Assembly (NCBI GenBank): GCA_030648055.1
Contig: JAUSHI010000009.1
Coordinates: forward strand, 176,769 to 240,768
Reading direction: 5' to 3'
Origin: a bacterium
GTDB taxonomy: Bacteria; Patescibacteriota; Minisyncoccia; Sungbacterales; SURF-37
Length of the DNA: 64,000 bases
Part shown: in pieces, positions 59,718 through 64,000 of the stretch
Position numbering within the stretch: the stretch's first letter is position 1
Layout: each line of letters opens with the position of its first letter
Notes under the pieces: model-generated
The model's input: the letters and a program-made list of their open reading frames with translations, nothing else
Told to the model about the DNA's origin: nothing
The model's database searches: none
Translations under genes and position numbers: made by a program

Positions 59718-60701
59718 ATGAAAAAATTTTCCTCGGAAGAAATAAAAAAATATTTTTCTCGTATTTTGCCGTTGGGCAGTAAAACAAAATTATTAGTCGT
59801 AAGTTATCTTTGCGGTGGCAACCACTTCAATTATCTTTTAAAAACAAACCACGGGAAATTTGTAATGCGGGTAAGCAATCCCCTAGGGCTCGGGGCTGGA
59901 GCGCTTTTTGATATCCCCGATGAATTTACTTTGCTGAAATTGATTGAAAAATATAAAGTCGCGCCCCGCGCCGAATTCATTGATTTAGAGGGTTTTTTCG
60001 CGCCATTATTGATTGAGGAATATATTGATGGGATCCCATATAATCAGTTGCGGCAAATTAGCGAGGGGCATTTAAAAGGCGCCATTGAGCTGATGCAAAA
60101 AGTCAGCCGTATTTCCTTAGATAAAGATGTTTTTCCTTTCAGGTTTTCGTACCACACTTATGGGACTAATATTCGCGGATGGCATTTGCGTATGGAGGAA
60201 ATTGTTAAGCTCGGCAGAAATAATAAAACCATATCAACCTCGCTTAAGCTTTTTAACGAGGTTGCTGGGAAAGCCGCAAAAATACTGGATAAAAACCAGC
60301 GTGTTTTATCCGCGGCCAAGCCGGTATTTATTTATAATGACGTGCATGGAAATAATCTCTTTTGGGTTGAGAAAAACAAAAAGCCGATTTTCATAGATTG
60401 GCAAAAAGTAAGCAGGGGAGATCCGGCATTTATGGCGGCGGTATTCGCTCTTGCCTTTGAGAATAATAATTGTTTTGGCGGACGTGGCAGCTTTTTTAAA
60501 TGGGTTGTTGAGAGTTATGGCGGGTCAAGAAATTTTGAGCGATTGTTCTGGCTTCGAATATTAGAGCGCGAAGTGGCAAATATGATTTGGGTGGTGTGGG
60601 CCTCGCTTAAACAGGGCAGAAAACTCCCGTTTAAAAATATCGGAGAATATGAACGTTTTAATAGTGTCAAAGAAGCCCTTCGCGATTTTCCATTCGCATA
60701 A
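59718..60701 (+). CDS. Phosphotransferase (APH/choline-kinase-like) family protein
   Basis: Catalytic loop IYNDVHGNNLFW and FIDWQ metal-binding motif. Confidence 0.7.
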   Translation: MKKFSSEEIKKYFSRILPLGSKTKLLVVSYLCGGNHFNYLLKTNHGKFVMRVSNPLGLGAGALFDIPDEFTLLKLIEKYKVAPRAEFIDLEGFFAPLLIEEYIDGIPYNQLRQISEGHLKGAIELMQKVSRISLDKDVFPFRFSYHTYGTNIRGWHLRMEEIVKLGRNNKTISTSLKLFNEVAGKAAKILDKNQRVLSAAKPVFIYNDVHGNNLFWVEKNKKPIFIDWQKVSRGDPAFMAAVFALAFENNNCFGGRGSFFKWVVESYGGSRNFERLFWLRILEREVANMIWVVWASLKQGRKLPFKNIGEYERFNSVKEALRDFPFA

Positions 60702-60773
60702 TATTAAATTAATCAGTGTTATTAATGTTTGATAGTAAAGTAAAAACGGTTAATCATATATAATATATTTATT

Positions 60774-61700
60774 ATGTTTTACGGGCTCGGGTGGCTGTCC
60801 ATTACCGTTGTCGCTTATTTCTTTCAGTCATTAGCGGCAATTTTAGATAAATTTCTTTTGACCCGGCGGATTCAACGTCCGTCAACTTATGTTTTCTGGG
60901 TCGGGGTTTTGGGGTTGGGTGCTCTTGTTTTGACGCCTTTCGGTTTTTTTGTTCCTGCGAATTCTGTAATAGTAAATGCTTTCGTTTCCGGCGCGGCTTT
61001 TACTTTTGCCCTCTTCTTTTTTTATATCGCGGTTCAGGCCGGCGAGGCCTCCAGGGTTGTGCCAGTTATAGGCGCTTTTACCCCCGTTTTTGTTTTTGTC
61101 TTTTCCAGGAATATTTTAGGTGAGACATTGTTCAAGGGAGAGTTGATTGCCTTTCTTGTTTTAGTTATTGGAAGTGTTTTGATGGCCATTACCCATAAAA
61201 AAGACGGCAGAGGCATGAATAACCGTGATTTTAAAATTTTCGGTGCGGCTATTTTGGCCGCGTTTCTTTTTGGCGTTACTTATGTTTTTGAGAAAGCCGT
61301 GTTTAATGAAACTCCTTTCATAAGTGGCTTCATTTGGACGCGTTTAGGCGGATTTTTAGGCGCTTTGCCGTTTCTATTTTTCTCGCAGACCCGTTCATCT
61401 ATTTTTGAAACACCCCGCATGGCCGACCGCGTTACTTTTGGAATCTTTTTTATCAATAAGCTGGCCGGAGCCGCGGGCTTTTTTCTGCTTAGTTTTGCCA
61501 TTTCCATAGCGCCGAGCGTCAGCTTGGTCAATGCTCTTCAGGGAATTCAATACGCCATTATTTTTGCTATGGCGCTTTTGTTGTCGCGCAAGCGGCCGGA
61601 TATTTTGAGTGAAGAAATAACTCCAAGAATTATTTTTGAGAAGACACTCGCCATAATTTTTATTGCCAGCGGCATTGCTCTCCTATCTTTTTCACAATAA
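60774..61700 (+). CDS. EamA/DMT-like transporter
   Basis: 308 aa, about 10 TM segments, two-fold internal topology. Confidence 0.65.
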   Translation: MFYGLGWLSITVVAYFFQSLAAILDKFLLTRRIQRPSTYVFWVGVLGLGALVLTPFGFFVPANSVIVNAFVSGAAFTFALFFFYIAVQAGEASRVVPVIGAFTPVFVFVFSRNILGETLFKGELIAFLVLVIGSVLMAITHKKDGRGMNNRDFKIFGAAILAAFLFGVTYVFEKAVFNETPFISGFIWTRLGGFLGALPFLFFSQTRSSIFETPRMADRVTFGIFFINKLAGAAGFFLLSFAISIAPSVSLVNALQGIQYAIIFAMALLLSRKRPDILSEEITPRIIFEKTLAIIFIASGIALLSFSQ

Positions 61701-61702
61701 AT

Positions 61703-61820
61703 CCCGTTAGAAGCCGCGGTCGCAGTTTGGGAAATACGCACAATGACATCATGGGAAAAAATATTATGAGTTATAAATATAATAATTGGCAGGCCCTGAC
61801 CGCGACCTGTTTCTAACGGG
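61703..61820 (+). promoter_or_regulatory. Family-2 leader element, copy 2: closing helix ends at ATG 61821
   Basis: CCCGTTAGAAGC..CGCGGT pairs with ACCGCG..GTTTCTAACGGG. Relative to copy 1 there is a G-C to G.U change and a C-G to U-A change. Confidence 0.7.
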
Positions 61821-62807
61821 ATGAGAAAACTTTTATTCTTTTTCGGTTTATTTTTGATCGCGCTTTGGTTTTTGACGCGTCCGGTGCCGGTTCCGGCGGA
61901 TATTGCCTATGGGGTGACTTTTTCAATTCCATACGCGCGCGACACGCTTGCGCTTGATTGGAAAAAGACATACGCGGGCATTCTTGATGAGCTAAAGGCG
62001 CGGCATTTGCGGCTTCCGGCATATTGGACTGAAATTGAAAAAGAAAGAGGGAAATATGATTTTTCAGGTCTTGATTATTTGGTCGGCGAGGCGGGCAAAC
62101 GGAACGCCGAAATAATTCTTGCCGTAGGAGAAAAGCTTCCACGCTGGCCGGAATGTTTCGTTCCCGATTGGGCCGGGACTCTATCACGGGAAGAGCGGCA
62201 TAAAGTTTTTTTGAATTTTATTGACCGGGTAATTGAGCGTTATCGCGGGGACAAGCATATTGTTTATTGGCAGGTTGAAAATGAACCGTTTTTACCGTTT
62301 GGAGGATGCACGGATTATGACAAATATTTTGTGGATGTGGAGATTAGCCGCGTGAAGTCGTTGGATTCACGTCCAGTCATCGTTACTGATTCCGGAGAGC
62401 TTTCGCTTTGGGCGCAGGCATACAAGCGTGCCGATGTTTTTGGAACAACGATGTACCGCACGGTTTCAATTAAATTTATTGAAAATTTTAAATATCCTCT
62501 TCCCCCGGGATATTTTCGGATGAAAGCTCGGCTGATGCGGTATATTTTCGGGGAGAAACCGATTATTGTGGTGGAGTTGCAGGCCGAACCCTGGACCAAG
62601 AAAAGGCCGCCGGAGGTTTCTATTGACACGCAGATGAAGCTGATGAACGTGGGAATTTTTAAAGATAATATAAATTACGAAAAGGAGACCGGTTTTGGAG
62701 AAGTTTATCTTTGGGGGGTGGAGTGGTGGTATTGGCTGAAGGAGAAGCACGGCAAACCCGAATTATGGGATGAGGCAAAAAAACTTTTCAACGGGGGAAG
62801 GTCGTGA
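61821..62807 (+). CDS. Membrane-anchored clan GH-A glycoside hydrolase-like protein (beta-galactosidase/cellulase-like)
   Basis: N-terminal TM. YWTEIEKERGKYDFSGLDYLV and WQVENEP (catalytic NEP). Confidence 0.6.
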   Translation: MRKLLFFFGLFLIALWFLTRPVPVPADIAYGVTFSIPYARDTLALDWKKTYAGILDELKARHLRLPAYWTEIEKERGKYDFSGLDYLVGEAGKRNAEIILAVGEKLPRWPECFVPDWAGTLSREERHKVFLNFIDRVIERYRGDKHIVYWQVENEPFLPFGGCTDYDKYFVDVEISRVKSLDSRPVIVTDSGELSLWAQAYKRADVFGTTMYRTVSIKFIENFKYPLPPGYFRMKARLMRYIFGEKPIIVVELQAEPWTKKRPPEVSIDTQMKLMNVGIFKDNINYEKETGFGEVYLWGVEWWYWLKEKHGKPELWDEAKKLFNGGRS

Positions 62808-62838
62808 TACTATTATATAGTTATTAAAATATATTTTT

Positions 62839-63399
62839 ATGCAAAACTACATTTTTTGGGTCACAATTGGCGTGCCGGCCCTACTCATCGGGTGGGCTGT
62901 TGCTGTTTATAATCATTTTGTCCGGCTTACTAACCGCGCTAAAGAGGCATGGTCGGATATTGAGGTGCAGATGAAGCGGAGATATGACCTTATTCCAAAT
63001 TTGGTTGAAACGGTTAAAGGATACGCGAGCCACGAGCGGGAAGTTTTTGAAAAGGTAACTCAAGCGCGGGCCGCGGCGATAGGCGCCAAGTCTATAAAAG
63101 AACACGGACAGGCGGAAAATATACTTTCAGGTGCCTTAAAATCGCTTTTTGCGGTTGCCGAGGCATATCCACAGTTGAGGGCCGCTGAAAATTTCGTTGA
63201 GCTTCAGCGGGAATTGGCGGATACCGAAAATAAAATTCAGGCCGCGCGGAGGTTTTATAATGCGAATGTTGTTGAATTGAACATAGCTTTGGAATCGTTT
63301 CCATCTAATGTTATAGGCAAAACCTTTGGATTCGGGAAAATGGAACTTTTTGATTTGGAAGAAGCGGCGGCGCGTGAGCCGGTAAAGGTGAAGTTTTAG
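62839..63399 (+). CDS. lemA: LemA family protein
   Basis: N-terminal TM, then YNHFVRLTNRAKEAWSDIEVQMKRRYDLIPNLVETVKGYASHE. Confidence 0.9.
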   Translation: MQNYIFWVTIGVPALLIGWAVAVYNHFVRLTNRAKEAWSDIEVQMKRRYDLIPNLVETVKGYASHEREVFEKVTQARAAAIGAKSIKEHGQAENILSGALKSLFAVAEAYPQLRAAENFVELQRELADTENKIQAARRFYNANVVELNIALESFPSNVIGKTFGFGKMELFDLEEAAAREPVKVKF

Positions 63400-63467
63400 G
63401 GTAAAAATTGTTTTTATAAATTTAAAAACGGAGCACCGGTTGGTGCTCCGTTCGCCGTTAATGGCGA

Positions 63468-64000
63468 TTATTTGGTGAGAAACTCTTGAAGTTTCTTCAG
63501 GATTACTTCCGGCGGTTCGTTTGAGACGAATCCCGCCGCGTAGTCGTGTCCGCCGCCGCCGAGTTTTTGGGCGATATTCTTCACGTTAACACCCTTTTTC
63601 GGCGAGCTCCTGAGTGAGCCGTACCATGCTCCATCTTCACGCTCGTAGTAAACGACAGCGAGGCGCACCTCCTTGATGTTTTGAAGGAGCCCTTGGAGGG
63701 GAAGAATGTCGGATTGGTTTGCGTTTCCCCATGATGTGAGATCGTTTTTGGAAAAGGAGAGGAAGCCGATGCCGACATCCGTATTGATGACGATGTTGTC
63801 ACGCGCTTTGAGTTGGGTTGCAAACGCTTTTGCGCTCATCTCAAATCGCATCGCTCCGAGCACTCCTTGGTGGTTGCCACCGCAACGCATGAGTGCCGCA
63901 CCGGTCTCCAACGCCTCAGGAGTTGTGAGTGAGTTTGTGAATTTACCCGTATCGGCAAGGAGCCCCACAAGCAGGCAATCGGCGATCGCTTGGCTTATTT
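63468..64000 (-). CDS. nrnA: DHH/DHHA1 phosphoesterase (NrnA-like), N-terminus beyond the right edge
   Basis: DHHA1 motif GGGGHDYAAGF near the C-terminus. The frame remains open to nt 64000. Confidence 0.8.
   Translation of the reverse strand, partial: ISQAIADCLLVGLLADTGKFTNSLTTPEALETGAALMRCGGNHQGVLGAMRFEMSAKAFATQLKARDNIVINTDVGIGFLSFSKNDLTSWGNANQSDILPLQGLLQNIKEVRLAVVYYEREDGAWYGSLRSSPKKGVNVKNIAQKLGGGGHDYAAGFVSNEPPEVILKKLQEFLTK

Overview
This was analysed by hand with no tools. CDS coordinates follow the ORF track. Coordinates of other features were hand-counted and may be off by 1-2 nt.

The window is a gene-dense, mostly plus-strand bacterial fragment of moderate-to-low G+C.

Core genes: gdhA (5' end off the left edge), gap, proS, mreB-mreC-mreD-mrdA, greA, lysS, rdgB, serS, alr, ftsQ, two GT39/ArnT-like glycosyltransferases, a T4SS-coupling-protein-like ATPase operon, gtrA, dnaX, tRNA-Gln(UUG), an ABC-2 exporter pair, an FKBP isomerase, a GlcD-like flavoprotein, thpR, lemA and nrnA (5' end off the right edge).

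The style of the genome would fit a reduced CPR/Patescibacteria-type organism: an INS-less ProRS, few Shine-Dalgarno sequences, many promoters ending 6-8 nt before the ATG, and many tiny membrane proteins. That assignment is inference only.

Two accessory regions interrupt the core.
- Region (i), about 4.2-15.5 kb: a serine-protease gene inserted behind proS with a displaced proS 3' end; a LexA-like repressor with a holin-like and an M23 endolysin-like gene; then hicBA, NYN, hydrolase and GNAT cassettes and a giant-protein plus nucleotidyltransferase cassette. A conserved roughly 30-45-nt motif separates these cassettes.
- Region (ii), about 43.7-51.3 kb: two ArsR-type regulators, each embedded in its own family of long perfect palindromes; tRNA-Gln; an HTH-Doc module between 155-bp direct repeats; a restriction-modification pair; and a SWIB protein.

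The best candidates for something undescribed are:
1. An approximately 0.8-kb GC-rich, ORF-less, densely base-paired transcription unit (28781-29605, probably minus strand). It has a perfect promoter, a strong terminator and an internally duplicated domain.
2. A full-length, apparently cleavage-competent LexA fused in frame to a beta-class DNA methyltransferase in an R-M locus.
3. Two families of 5'-leader elements whose long closing helix ends 0-2 nt before the start codon and shows compensatory base changes between copies, plus a shared structured module.
4. The motif-delimited cassette array, including an unknown two-gene system with a 1093-aa protein and a 473-aa nucleotidyltransferase-domain protein.
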